Origin: Candidatus Bathyarchaeota archaeon
Lineage (GTDB): Archaea; Thermoproteota; Bathyarchaeia; TCS64
NCBI GenBank assembly: GCA_030613835.1
Contig: JAUWLH010000002.1
Location: forward strand, 1-36,522
Reading direction: 5' to 3'
Length of the DNA stretch: 36,522 bases
In this document: positions 1-8,047 of the stretch, in pieces
Numbering within the stretch: the first letter of the stretch is position 1
How the letters are laid out: every line of letters starts with the position of its first letter
Notes under the pieces: generated by a model
Database searches by the model: none
What the model saw: only the letters and a program-made list of their open reading frames with translations
What the model was told of the DNA's origin: nothing
Made by a program: the position numbers and the translations under genes

Positions 1-716
1 TGGACTTGTCCCGAGTCCCTTTCCACTATATTTTTTCCGGGTATGTGTTCAGGCTTTGCACGTTTTTTACTTGATTTACGTAGACCTTTTTGTATGAAAG
101 ATGTGAGGTCTTTAACCATCTTTTCGTGGTCTACGGCACCCGCGGCTACAGCGATGCTCTCTCCATAGTTTTCTTTGTAATAATCCTTGATTGACTCTAA
201 GGACATCTTGGATATAGTCTCGAAAGTTCCTGTGATCGAGTGAGCGGCTCTATTACCCTTCCAAATGTTTTCCGTGTATAGCTCGTGAATGAGGCTTGCA
301 GGATCGTCCTGAACTCGCTTGATTTCCTCAAGGATAACCTGCCGCTCCATCTCCACATCTTTTGTGTCCAGCACGCTGTTTTGCATCATGTCTGATAGGA
401 CCTCTGTTGCGATGCTTTGATCCTTTGCCCTAGTCCTTGCGATATAGGTAGTCATATCACGATCAGTGAACGCGTTCATATAGCCTCCAAGGTTCTCAAT
501 TACAGAGGAAATTTCACTAGCTGACCTAGTCGGGGTACCCTTGAAAAGTAGGTGCTCAAGGAAATGGCTTCCACCCTCAAGCTCAGCCCCCTCATCCCTG
601 GAGCCAACATTTACCCACATACCAAAGCTCATACTTAGTGAAGCAGGGTTATGCTCAGTAATCAATCGAACACCGTTAGGCAACAGCTCATCCCTTAACT
701 CAAGCGCCATAGTCAT
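1..716 (-). CDS. M16 (pitrilysin/insulinase) family zinc peptidase; 3' end lies outside the window
   Basis: Not in the ORF track. Manual translation gives MTMALELRDELLPNGVRLITEH...EGGSHFLEHLLFKGT, with the inverted HxxEH Zn motif of M16 peptidases. A purine-rich SD-like run lies upstream (721-730). An alternative ATG is at 710. Confidence 0.9.
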   Translation of the reverse strand, partial: MTMALELRDELLPNGVRLITEHNPASLSMSFGMWVNVGSRDEGAELEGGSHFLEHLLFKGTPTRSASEISSVIENLGGYMNAFTDRDMTTYIARTRAKDQSIATEVLSDMMQNSVLDTKDVEMERQVILEEIKRVQDDPASLIHELYTENIWKGNRAAHSITGTFETISKMSLESIKDYYKENYGESIAVAAGAVDHEKMVKDLTSFIQKGLRKSSKKRAKPEHIPGKNIVERDSGQV

Positions 717-925
717 CTACACCCCCTCCCTTAACTCGAAGGGATAAAAAGTTGCGTCTTCGCAGTCATATTAGCCCAAAAAACACTCAAAAAACTCATG
801 GATAGGATTCACGTCCAAACAGTTTTTCATACTTTATATATAAAACTCAAAGTCAGTAATAAACGGTAAAATAAAGCCCAATTAGGGTATCAAAATTGCG
901 TTTTTTATGTAGTTTGAACAGATGG

Positions 926-967
926 ATGTTTTACGCCTTATAGTAAAGGTACCTTCAACACTTTGGA
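926..967. repeat. Dispersed 42-bp intergenic repeat, copy 1
   Basis: atgttttacgccttatagtaaaggtaccttcaacactttgga matches 7265-7306 at 39/42, with the first 27 bp identical. Confidence 0.9.
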
Positions 968-1027
968 CGTGATTTGTATCCCAATTTTTACATGGTTTCC
1001 AAGAAGACCGAACGGACATTAGGGGGC

Positions 1028-1822
1028 TTAGGAAGATAGAGAAGAAGATATTTGCTTACCCTCAGATGTTAACGATATTGTGTAGTTCTTCCTCGGACTT
1101 AGGCCGATCCTCTGCATTATTTTACCCCGAAGATCCATAGGAATTTCGGCCAAAAGGTATAGGGTATTTGATGTAGATTTTGCTTGGTTTCCAATGAACT
1201 CTACGATATTTTCAGGGGTAAGGCCAGTCTGCTCCGATAGGCTCCATAGGTCCATTGATTCCTTGCCGTATAGGGATTTCATTAATAGAAGATGCTTTGA
1301 TAGGGACCGTATCTTGTCAAGATCTTCAAAGCTCATTTCTTCTAGCTCTGGGAACTTTGGCACTTCCACAGTTTTCTCGATTATTTTCTCAATGGGCACT
1401 TCAACGATTCTTTCTATAGTTTTTTCAACTACTTTCTCCCTCACCTGGATAGGGGTATTTCCTCTGAAAACATCAAGCTGGAACGAGGTCTCCCGGCCTT
1501 TTTTCGTCAATTTCCATAGATCGAACGTATAGCGTTTATCATAAGGTAGAGTCGCAGGTTTTCCCCGCTCTGATGCTTTCCGGACAAGTCCCACCTCCTG
1601 AAGGAGGCTTAGCCAGTTGTTGAGCTCGACTTTGGTTAATGTGTTTCCTTGCTCTACGAGAATTGGTTGCATATCATAAGTGGTGAGGTACTCTGTTTCT
1701 GAATCCCTTAGGATCAAGAAGATATGGCGGGCGTTTCTGCTCTGTAGGGGTCTTAGTGTTTTCTCGAATATTTCCTCCAATTCCTCCCTATTTGGGGGTT
1801 TAGACTTGTCTTTTGGGGTCAT
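1028..1822 (-). CDS. Putative DNA-binding protein: two winged-helix-like domains joined by an EK(I/T)VEVP repeat linker
   Basis: 264-aa ORF. wHTH-like segments end in LQEVGLVRK...WKLTKKG and YTISLTSEG. The central linker is REKVVEKTIERIVEVPIEKIIEKTVEVP. Confidence 0.6.
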   Translation of the reverse strand: MTPKDKSKPPNREELEEIFEKTLRPLQSRNARHIFLILRDSETEYLTTYDMQPILVEQGNTLTKVELNNWLSLLQEVGLVRKASERGKPATLPYDKRYTFDLWKLTKKGRETSFQLDVFRGNTPIQVREKVVEKTIERIVEVPIEKIIEKTVEVPKFPELEEMSFEDLDKIRSLSKHLLLMKSLYGKESMDLWSLSEQTGLTPENIVEFIGNQAKSTSNTLYLLAEIPMDLRGKIMQRIGLSPRKNYTISLTSEGKQISSSLSS

Positions 1823-1836
1823 TTAACCTCTAATCT

Positions 1837-1878
1837 ATATTCAGGATATTCCTGAATATTAATATTTCTGATCAGAAA
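1837..1878. promoter_or_regulatory. Palindrome cluster (candidate operator) in the divergent intergenic region
   Basis: ATATTCAGGA-TAT-TCCTGAATAT (1837-1859), AATATTAATATT (1855-1866) and TTTCTGATCAGAAA (1865-1878). Confidence 0.5.
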
Positions 1879-1944
1879 AAAACTGATCGAATATTTACGG
1901 AAAATAATATACTCTAAGGACGTTCAAAAGATACTAGAAAGACC

Positions 1945-2928
1945 ATGCTAAAGCCCAAAGTGTATATTACAAGAAAATTCTTCGATGAAGCCATCGATTT
2001 GATTAAGTCCGTGGCAGATGTGGAGACTTTCGATGGAGAGAATGATCCAATCCCAAGGGGGATTCTCAAGGAGAAAATAGTGGACATAGATGGACTACTC
2101 CCAATGCTCACAGACATGGTTGATGGGGAGCTGATGGACCTGGGTAAAAACCTCAAAGTCGTGAGCAATTATGCCGTAGGATACAACAACATAGTCGTAC
2201 CGGACGCCACTGAAAGGGGAATAATAGTTACAAACACCCCAGGCGTACTCAACGATTCAACGGCTGACTGCGCCTTCATGCTGATGATGGCCATAAGCAG
2301 GAGGTTAGTTGAGGTAGACAAGTACGTCAGGGACGGAAAATGGGTCAAGGCTTGGGGCCCAAAGATGCTCCTGGGATCGGATGTGACAGGGAAGACCCTT
2401 GGAATAGTAGGGTTGGGCAGGATCGGTCAGGAGATGGTCCCTAGGGCGAAGGGCTTCAAAATGAACGTCATTTATCACAACAGGACCCCTAGTCCAGAGA
2501 AGGAGAAAACCCTCGGCGTAGAGTACAGGGAATTCGATGATTTACTGAGAGAAGCCGACTTTGTAAGCCTCCATGTGCCTCTCAACGACGAGACAAGGCA
2601 CTTGATCGGCGAGAGGGAGCTAAAGCTCATGAAGTCCACCGCTTTTCTCATAAACACTGCAAGAGGTCCAGTTGTCGACGAGAAGGCATTGATCAAGGCA
2701 CTTAAGGAGAAATGGATCGCGGGTGCGGGGCTTGATGTTCATAACAAGGAACCCATCGAGCGTGATAACCCATTGTTGGAGTTGGACAACGTCATCGTGG
2801 CTCCACATATCGGGAGCGCAACCACTGATACCAGGCTCGCCATGGCCATGAAGGCAGCTGCGAACCTTGTAGCGGCTCTCAAAGGTGAAAAACCTCCAGA
2901 CATCGTTAACCCAGATGTCTTGGAATAA
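1945..2928 (+). CDS. gyaR: Glyoxylate/hydroxypyruvate reductase (D-2-hydroxyacid dehydrogenase)
   Basis: Motifs GIVGLGRIG (NAD binding), AVGYNNI, INTARG, AGLDV and PHIGSA. Confidence 0.9.
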   Translation: MLKPKVYITRKFFDEAIDLIKSVADVETFDGENDPIPRGILKEKIVDIDGLLPMLTDMVDGELMDLGKNLKVVSNYAVGYNNIVVPDATERGIIVTNTPGVLNDSTADCAFMLMMAISRRLVEVDKYVRDGKWVKAWGPKMLLGSDVTGKTLGIVGLGRIGQEMVPRAKGFKMNVIYHNRTPSPEKEKTLGVEYREFDDLLREADFVSLHVPLNDETRHLIGERELKLMKSTAFLINTARGPVVDEKALIKALKEKWIAGAGLDVHNKEPIERDNPLLELDNVIVAPHIGSATTDTRLAMAMKAAANLVAALKGEKPPDIVNPDVLE

Positions 2929-3110
2929 ATCACGGGAAAATTCGGTTTTTTCAACACATTTTATGCTAAAATACCCCAGGGTAAGTAATGAGAAGATGTC
3001 TAGTGTTTTTTTTGGAATAATTGCTTCAATAATATATTTCAAGAGTTTTCTGTCAGTCCTGAAAAACATGAAAAACAAGGGTTTTGTTTCAGAGTGCTGA
3101 GACAAAAGGG

Positions 3111-4076
3111 CTAGATTTCGCCCTTCTCATGCCTTGCCGAGAGGATGAAGCACATGTCGTCCACCATTTCCTCCAGATCATAGTCCGGAGTCCAGCTCCA
3201 CTCCTCCCTCGCACATGAGTCATCTATACTCATAGGCCACGAATCGGCTATTTTTTGCCTGAAATCGGGCTCGTAAGTGATGGTAAACTGGGGGTTGTGC
3301 TTTTGAATCTCCGCCGCAAGCTCAGCTGGATTGAAACTGAGGGACGCGAGGTTGTAGCTGGTACGATGTTTCAGGTTCTCAGACGGGGCATCCATGAGGT
3401 CTTGGAAGGCCTTCAGGCAGTCGGGCATGTATATCATGGGTAGCGTGGTGTCTGATCTTAGGAAGCATTCGTAGCTCCCCTTCTTGATGGCCTCGTAGAA
3501 TATCTCCACTGCGTAATCCGTGGTTCCTCCCCCGGGTGGAGCAACGTTGCTGATGACACCGGGCAGCCTGATGCCCCGTACATCAACGCTAAATTTATCG
3601 AAGAAATACTTGCCCAAAAGCTCCCCCGTCACCTTGGTGACCCCGTACATGGTCCTCGGCGTTAAAACCGTGTCCTGAGGCGTGTTCAGCCTAGGAGTTT
3701 CTGTCCCAAAGGCGGCTATGCTACTGGGGTGGAATATCTTATTGGTTAACCCCTCCCTGGCCACCTCAAGGACATTCCTGAACCCGTTGATGTTTACGTC
3801 CCATGCCAGATCTGGCCTCATTTCACCAGCAGCGCTTAGAATGGCGGCCAGGTGATAGACCTCATCTATGTCGTATCCCTTAACCAAATTCCTTACTTCA
3901 TCGAGTTCGAGGACATCAAGCCGCTCATATGACCCAGAATAGTCACTGCTTGGCTCCTTGATATCGGTCGCCAGGACGTTTTGAGTACCGAAAAGCCGTT
4001 GAAGCCGAGGAACGAGCTCGGAGCCTATCTGACCCAGAGCCCCCGTAACCATAACTCGCCTAATGTCACTGCCCAT
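3111..4076 (-). CDS. tdh: L-threonine 3-dehydrogenase, SDR/NAD-epimerase type
   Basis: Motifs TGALGQIG, HLAAILSA, YGVTK (YxxxK), PGGGTTDYAV and RQKIADSWP. Divergent from kbl. Confidence 0.88.
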   Translation of the reverse strand: MGSDIRRVMVTGALGQIGSELVPRLQRLFGTQNVLATDIKEPSSDYSGSYERLDVLELDEVRNLVKGYDIDEVYHLAAILSAAGEMRPDLAWDVNINGFRNVLEVAREGLTNKIFHPSSIAAFGTETPRLNTPQDTVLTPRTMYGVTKVTGELLGKYFFDKFSVDVRGIRLPGVISNVAPPGGGTTDYAVEIFYEAIKKGSYECFLRSDTTLPMIYMPDCLKAFQDLMDAPSENLKHRTSYNLASLSFNPAELAAEIQKHNPQFTITYEPDFRQKIADSWPMSIDDSCAREEWSWTPDYDLEEMVDDMCFILSARHEKGEI

Positions 4077-4321
4077 TAGAATCAGGTTAAGTTAGCGTAC
4101 TCCGCATAAAACCGTTACCCCTTATAAAGACCCAAACTAGAAAATAGGTTAACACCTGTTATATACCATGCATTTGTCCCTTTAGGATGAGACAATAATT
4201 TTTTTTCATTATGTCAGGTTACTTGACACAAAATCGACATTCCCCCTGCTTTGCCCGCAACCCGCGACGGAATCGATAATAATAAACGGGCAACAGTCAT
4301 TCATCAATTGAAGGTAATACA

Positions 4322-5509
4322 ATGAGAGACCCAACAGGCTTTCTAGGGAAAGAGTACCAGGAGCTAGTGGACAAGGCACTGGACTGGAGATTGAAGCAGT
4401 TACAGGGCGCAAGCGAGCCCGTTACCAGGGTTGACGGCAGGGACGTGCTGGTCCTCTGCTCCAACAACTACCTAGGACTAGCGACCCACCCGAAGATTAT
4501 GCAGGCAGCAATCGAGGCGATAGAGAAGTACGGCGTCGGATCCGGTGCAGTCCGGGCCATCAGCGGTAACATGGATGTCCACGTTGAGCTGGAGAAACGC
4601 TTGGCAAAGTTCAAGGGAGCCGAGGCAAGCCTCACATACCCCACTGGCTTCATGGCTAACAGTGGGCTGATTCCCCAGCTGGTGGGAAAGGAGGATATTA
4701 TCATCAGCGACAAGCTGAACCACGGCAGCATAATCGACGGCGTACGCCTCTCAAGGGCAGAGAGGACAGTTTACAACCACAACGATATGGAAAACCTCGC
4801 AGAGAAGCTTGAGGAAGCCGAGAAAAAGGGCTACAGGAGAATCCTAATCATCACCGACGGCGTCTTCAGTATGGACGGCGACATAGCGCCCCTTGACCAG
4901 GTCGTCAAACACGGCTCGAAGCACGGAGCCATGATATACGTCGACGACGCCCACGGGGAAGGAGTCCTAGGGAAGAAAGGCAGAGGCGTCGTGAGCCACT
5001 TTGACCTCACGCACGAGGATGTCCACGTCGAGATGGGCACATTCAGCAAGGCATACGGAACCATTGGTGGACACATATCCGGCTCGGATAGCTTGGTGAA
5101 GTTCGCCTACAACAAGAGCAGGACATGGCTACTCAGCAGCTCACACCCACCCGCGGTTGCAGCGGCGACAATCGCGGCCATTGACGTCCTTGAGAACGAG
5201 CCCCATCACGTCGAGAACCTCTGGAAGAACACCAATTACTTTAAGAAGGCAGTGAAGGACCTTGGATTCAATACGGGCAACAGCCAAACCCCCATCATAC
5301 CAATAATTGTCGGGGAAAGCCACAAGGCTAAAGCACTGTCTGATAGACTCTACGATGATGGCGTTTTCGTTGTGCCAATAGTTTTTCCCATGGTAGCTCG
5401 GGATTTATCGCGGATCAGGGTCCAGATGCATGCAAAACTGACAACGGAGCAGTTGGACTCAGTAATTGGGAAAATAGAGAAAATAGGCCGCGTTTTAGAG
5501 ATAATCTAG
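4322..5509 (+). CDS. kbl: Glycine C-acetyltransferase (2-amino-3-ketobutyrate CoA ligase), PLP class II
   Basis: Motifs CSNNYLGL, NHGSIIDG, DGVFSMDG, DDAHGEG and GTFSKA (PLP Lys). Adjacency to tdh favours kbl over bioF. Confidence 0.88.
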   Translation: MRDPTGFLGKEYQELVDKALDWRLKQLQGASEPVTRVDGRDVLVLCSNNYLGLATHPKIMQAAIEAIEKYGVGSGAVRAISGNMDVHVELEKRLAKFKGAEASLTYPTGFMANSGLIPQLVGKEDIIISDKLNHGSIIDGVRLSRAERTVYNHNDMENLAEKLEEAEKKGYRRILIITDGVFSMDGDIAPLDQVVKHGSKHGAMIYVDDAHGEGVLGKKGRGVVSHFDLTHEDVHVEMGTFSKAYGTIGGHISGSDSLVKFAYNKSRTWLLSSSHPPAVAAATIAAIDVLENEPHHVENLWKNTNYFKKAVKDLGFNTGNSQTPIIPIIVGESHKAKALSDRLYDDGVFVVPIVFPMVARDLSRIRVQMHAKLTTEQLDSVIGKIEKIGRVLEII

Positions 5510-5540
5510 GGGTATTTACCCCTACCTTTTTGATAAAAAG
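5507..5540. terminator. Inverted repeats and T/A tracts between convergent kbl and nucS
   Basis: TAGGGGTA-TT-TACCCCTA (5507-5524) followed by CTTTTT-GAT-AAAAAG (5526-5540). Confidence 0.5.
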
Positions 5541-5544
5541 ATCA

Positions 5545-6330
5545 TTAGTAAGTATACTCAAAAAAAGCTGTCAGCGGGGTTCCCTTCTTTTGCTTCAGGA
5601 TTTCGCTGCACTCCTTCGGGGAAAGTGCCTTGAACTCGTAGCCGTAATCGTCTAGGAGCTCTTTCGCGTTATCGGCGATCTCAGGTGCCACAAGGATAGC
5701 CCTTACCCTCCTGTTGGCATCCATATCGATAACATCCATGTATTTTTTTAGCTGATCAACGGCGTCCTTAGGAGCTTTGACCCGTTTGATCTCAACAACT
5801 GTCAATGTGTTATTGGAATCGTAACCTATGATATCGATGAACCCCGGGTCCACCGCCATCTCCTTGGTCATGGGACGGAAACCCAGCTCAAGGATATCGG
5901 GCTTGAACAGAATAGCCTCCTGCATATCCTTCTCAGACGCATACAGGTTGAACTCGCCGTTATCAACTAAATCAAGTACAGCCACCATTTGCAGACCTGT
6001 GAACGTGATAACCATGGACTCGTTCTCCTTTCTACGGAAAACACGGACCACCAATCCCTCTTTCAGTAGTTTCGTATTAAAGATGCTGCCAGAGGGCTGC
6101 CAGTTCACGGGAGAATAGTGCTTTGGACGGTGTATCAAAGCCGATCCGTCGGGCTTAAAGATGACAAGCCTCTCCCCCGACTCCAGTTTGCTGCTGGCCC
6201 TCCCGTCATAGTCAACGGTGCACTCCCCGGCTATCACCACGGTCTTGCGCCTGGATATGCCTGACTTTACGACCTTCTCCGCTTCCCCAAGGCTTGGGTT
6301 GGGGAGTATCTGCTGCCTGCTCTCGTCCAT
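5545..6330 (-). CDS. nucS: Endonuclease NucS/EndoMS (mismatch-specific)
   Basis: Motifs CTVDYDGRASSKL, KPDGSALIH, PVNWQP, SEKDMQ and GFIDI...VVEIKR. Start set to the ATG at 6330. Confidence 0.93.
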   Translation of the reverse strand: MDESRQQILPNPSLGEAEKVVKSGISRRKTVVIAGECTVDYDGRASSKLESGERLVIFKPDGSALIHRPKHYSPVNWQPSGSIFNTKLLKEGLVVRVFRRKENESMVITFTGLQMVAVLDLVDNGEFNLYASEKDMQEAILFKPDILELGFRPMTKEMAVDPGFIDIIGYDSNNTLTVVEIKRVKAPKDAVDQLKKYMDVIDMDANRRVRAILVAPEIADNAKELLDDYGYEFKALSPKECSEILKQKKGTPLTAFFEYTY

Positions 6331-6334
6331 ATGG

Positions 6335-7057
6335 TTACCCAACGCTGGTGATTATCGTGATCCATGCCGCGTTCATCTTGGCATCATACTGAAGCAGGTG
6401 AGACGTGGCGTCCCCAAGCAGGAAGGTGCCGTGCCCTGGGTACATACGCTCGGGCTTTAATGACGCAAGCTTCTTGATGCTTGCCTTCCAGTCGTCAAGG
6501 TCAAAACCGGGGCCGTTGATATAGCCCAAATTACCTGATGCTCCAGCGATATCCCCACATAGGAGGCTTGAAACGCCGTAGTCGTCCAGCATAAAGCTGA
6601 TGCAACCCGGAGTATGACCTGGGTTACTCACCGTTATGAGCTCAACATCTCCGACCTCGATAACGTCGCCATCCACGACAGTCTCATCAACCGGAGCAGT
6701 CTTGAACTCCAGGCCCCATTCCTGAGCCATAGTGTACAGGGATAGCTCGTTCAACGTCTCGATGGCCTCCTTGTCGATTGGATGGGATATGATCTTGGTG
6801 CCAGTTGTCTCCCTGATCTCATAGTTTCCGCCGATGTGATCGAAGTGGCAATGAGTGATCAGGGTCTTTGTTATCTTCTTGGGGTCGAGGCCATCCCGCT
6901 TTATGTTCTCCATAATAGCCTTCACGCCGTAACCCCCTCCAGTGTCGATCAGTGCCAGCTCGGAGCCTCCATCCACGACGTAACAGTTGCAGTCTCCGCT
7001 AGGCGAAATACCGTAACCGGATCCAGCGACGAGGTAAACCCGCTCAGTTAGCTTCAT
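6335..7057 (-). CDS. MBL-fold metallo-hydrolase
   Basis: Motifs LIDTG, THCHFDH, PGHTPG, GD and YPGHG. Confidence 0.9.
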   Translation of the reverse strand: MKLTERVYLVAGSGYGISPSGDCNCYVVDGGSELALIDTGGGYGVKAIMENIKRDGLDPKKITKTLITHCHFDHIGGNYEIRETTGTKIISHPIDKEAIETLNELSLYTMAQEWGLEFKTAPVDETVVDGDVIEVGDVELITVSNPGHTPGCISFMLDDYGVSSLLCGDIAGASGNLGYINGPGFDLDDWKASIKKLASLKPERMYPGHGTFLLGDATSHLLQYDAKMNAAWITIITSVG

Positions 7058-7264
7058 TATATCTCGGAAACCATAAAGTCCCTCGGATTTTTAATGTGTT
7101 CGACCGATTTTCAGACCGCATAGGGCTTATTTAGTCATGGATATGACCCCTGTCCGTTTAGGATGATCGAATCTCCGAACCCCCCCTTTGATAGTGTTCA
7201 TTTTTAACACGGTTTTGTATTTCGGAGCATAAAGGTTCGAATGATCGAAGTAAGTTCGATAATA

Positions 7265-7306
7265 ATGTTTTACGCCTTATAGTAAAGGTACATTCAAAAC
7301 TATGGA
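7265..7306. repeat. Dispersed 42-bp intergenic repeat, copy 2
   Basis: atgttttacgccttatagtaaaggtacattcaaaactatgga, in the same orientation as 926-967. Confidence 0.9.
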
Positions 7307-7697
7307 TACAAACCGCGTCCAGTATAAACAACGGTTACGACCAAACGATGATGATGAGCACCCCCTTCTCCCCCAATCACAGGGCTCATTAGCACATAGC
7401 GTTCATTATATTACCATGTTCCACGAGACCTGCGGCGAAATCCGGGAGTCCACATACGGCGTCCTCTACCACAGGGATATAGGCAACACTCGGACAGCTG
7501 GATACAGTTCGGGCTTCATCATCGCTCCAATGATAATAGCGACACTCACGCGGTAAGGTGTTCGGAATGAGTCAAACACTTTAACAGTAGAGGTATCATC
7601 GGACGACGAGTCCAAGAGACTGGCCATCGCACGGCAAATCCCATCGACCGAGATAATAGCTTACGCAAGAGTGAGCGGCATCAACATCCAAGTTTGA
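7302..7697 (+). pseudogene. Possible degraded gene of unknown function
   Basis: The 84-aa ORF stops at TAA 7554-7556, but the same frame stays open for 46 more codons (GVRNESNTLTVEV...IIAYARVSGINIQV) to TGA 7697. No family recognised. Confidence 0.25.
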
Positions 7698-7724
7698 TGC
7701 ACAAAAAAGAGGATTGGAAAATCT

Positions 7725-7895
7725 CTATTTGTCAAACGACTGCTTGAACAAGTCTTCCATCGCTGCATAGTGCATCGAGTTAAATTCCTCAAGTTTTTCG
7801 GGGTGGGTCAGCTTCACATGGAAACGTACCCCGCCTGGACTCGCAGACTTTCGTTCACAGTACGGACACTTAAACTGGGTCATCGATTTTGCCAT
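7725..7895 (-). CDS. Small C2H2 zinc-finger protein (56 aa)
   Basis: Below the ORF-track cutoff. Translation: MAKSMTQFKCPYCERKSASPGGVRFHVKLTHPEKLEEFNSMHYAAMEDLFKQSFDK, with F-x-C-x2-C-x12-H-x4-H. GGAG at 7904-7907 and TTATAA at 7931-7936 lie upstream. Confidence 0.8.
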   Translation of the reverse strand: MAKSMTQFKCPYCERKSASPGGVRFHVKLTHPEKLEEFNSMHYAAMEDLFKQSFDK

Positions 7896-8047
7896 TGAAA
7901 CAACTCCGATCTAATTATAGTAAATACTGGTTATAACCTTATGCGCCACACGTCGCTAATAGATCAATTTTTAGAGGCATTATTTCGTCGTTTACCTAGG
8001 GTAAAGTGTTGAAAAAAATGCGCATAAAATGGGTTTTTCTGTAAAAA

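Noticed and set aside
2620..3105. ORFs spanning the gyaR-tdh gap (161 aa on minus, 71 aa on plus)
   Set aside because: They overlap gyaR, show no motifs, and lie in AT-rich intergenic sequence between convergent genes.
7058..7300. tRNA suggested by GTTCGA motifs
   Set aside because: I could not build a cloverleaf or acceptor stem around them.
926..7306. 42-bp repeats as a CRISPR array
   Set aside because: There are only two copies, 6.3 kb apart, with no spacer periodicity and no cas genes.
7554..7556. Selenocysteine or pyrrolysine read-through at the internal stop
   Set aside because: The codon is TAA, not TGA or TAG.
2929..8047. Short shared words between the 2.95-kb and 8.0-kb intergenic regions (ttttttcaacac, cattttatgc) in inverted orientation
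   Set aside because: The matches are short, AT-rich and in a different order, so they cannot be distinguished from chance.
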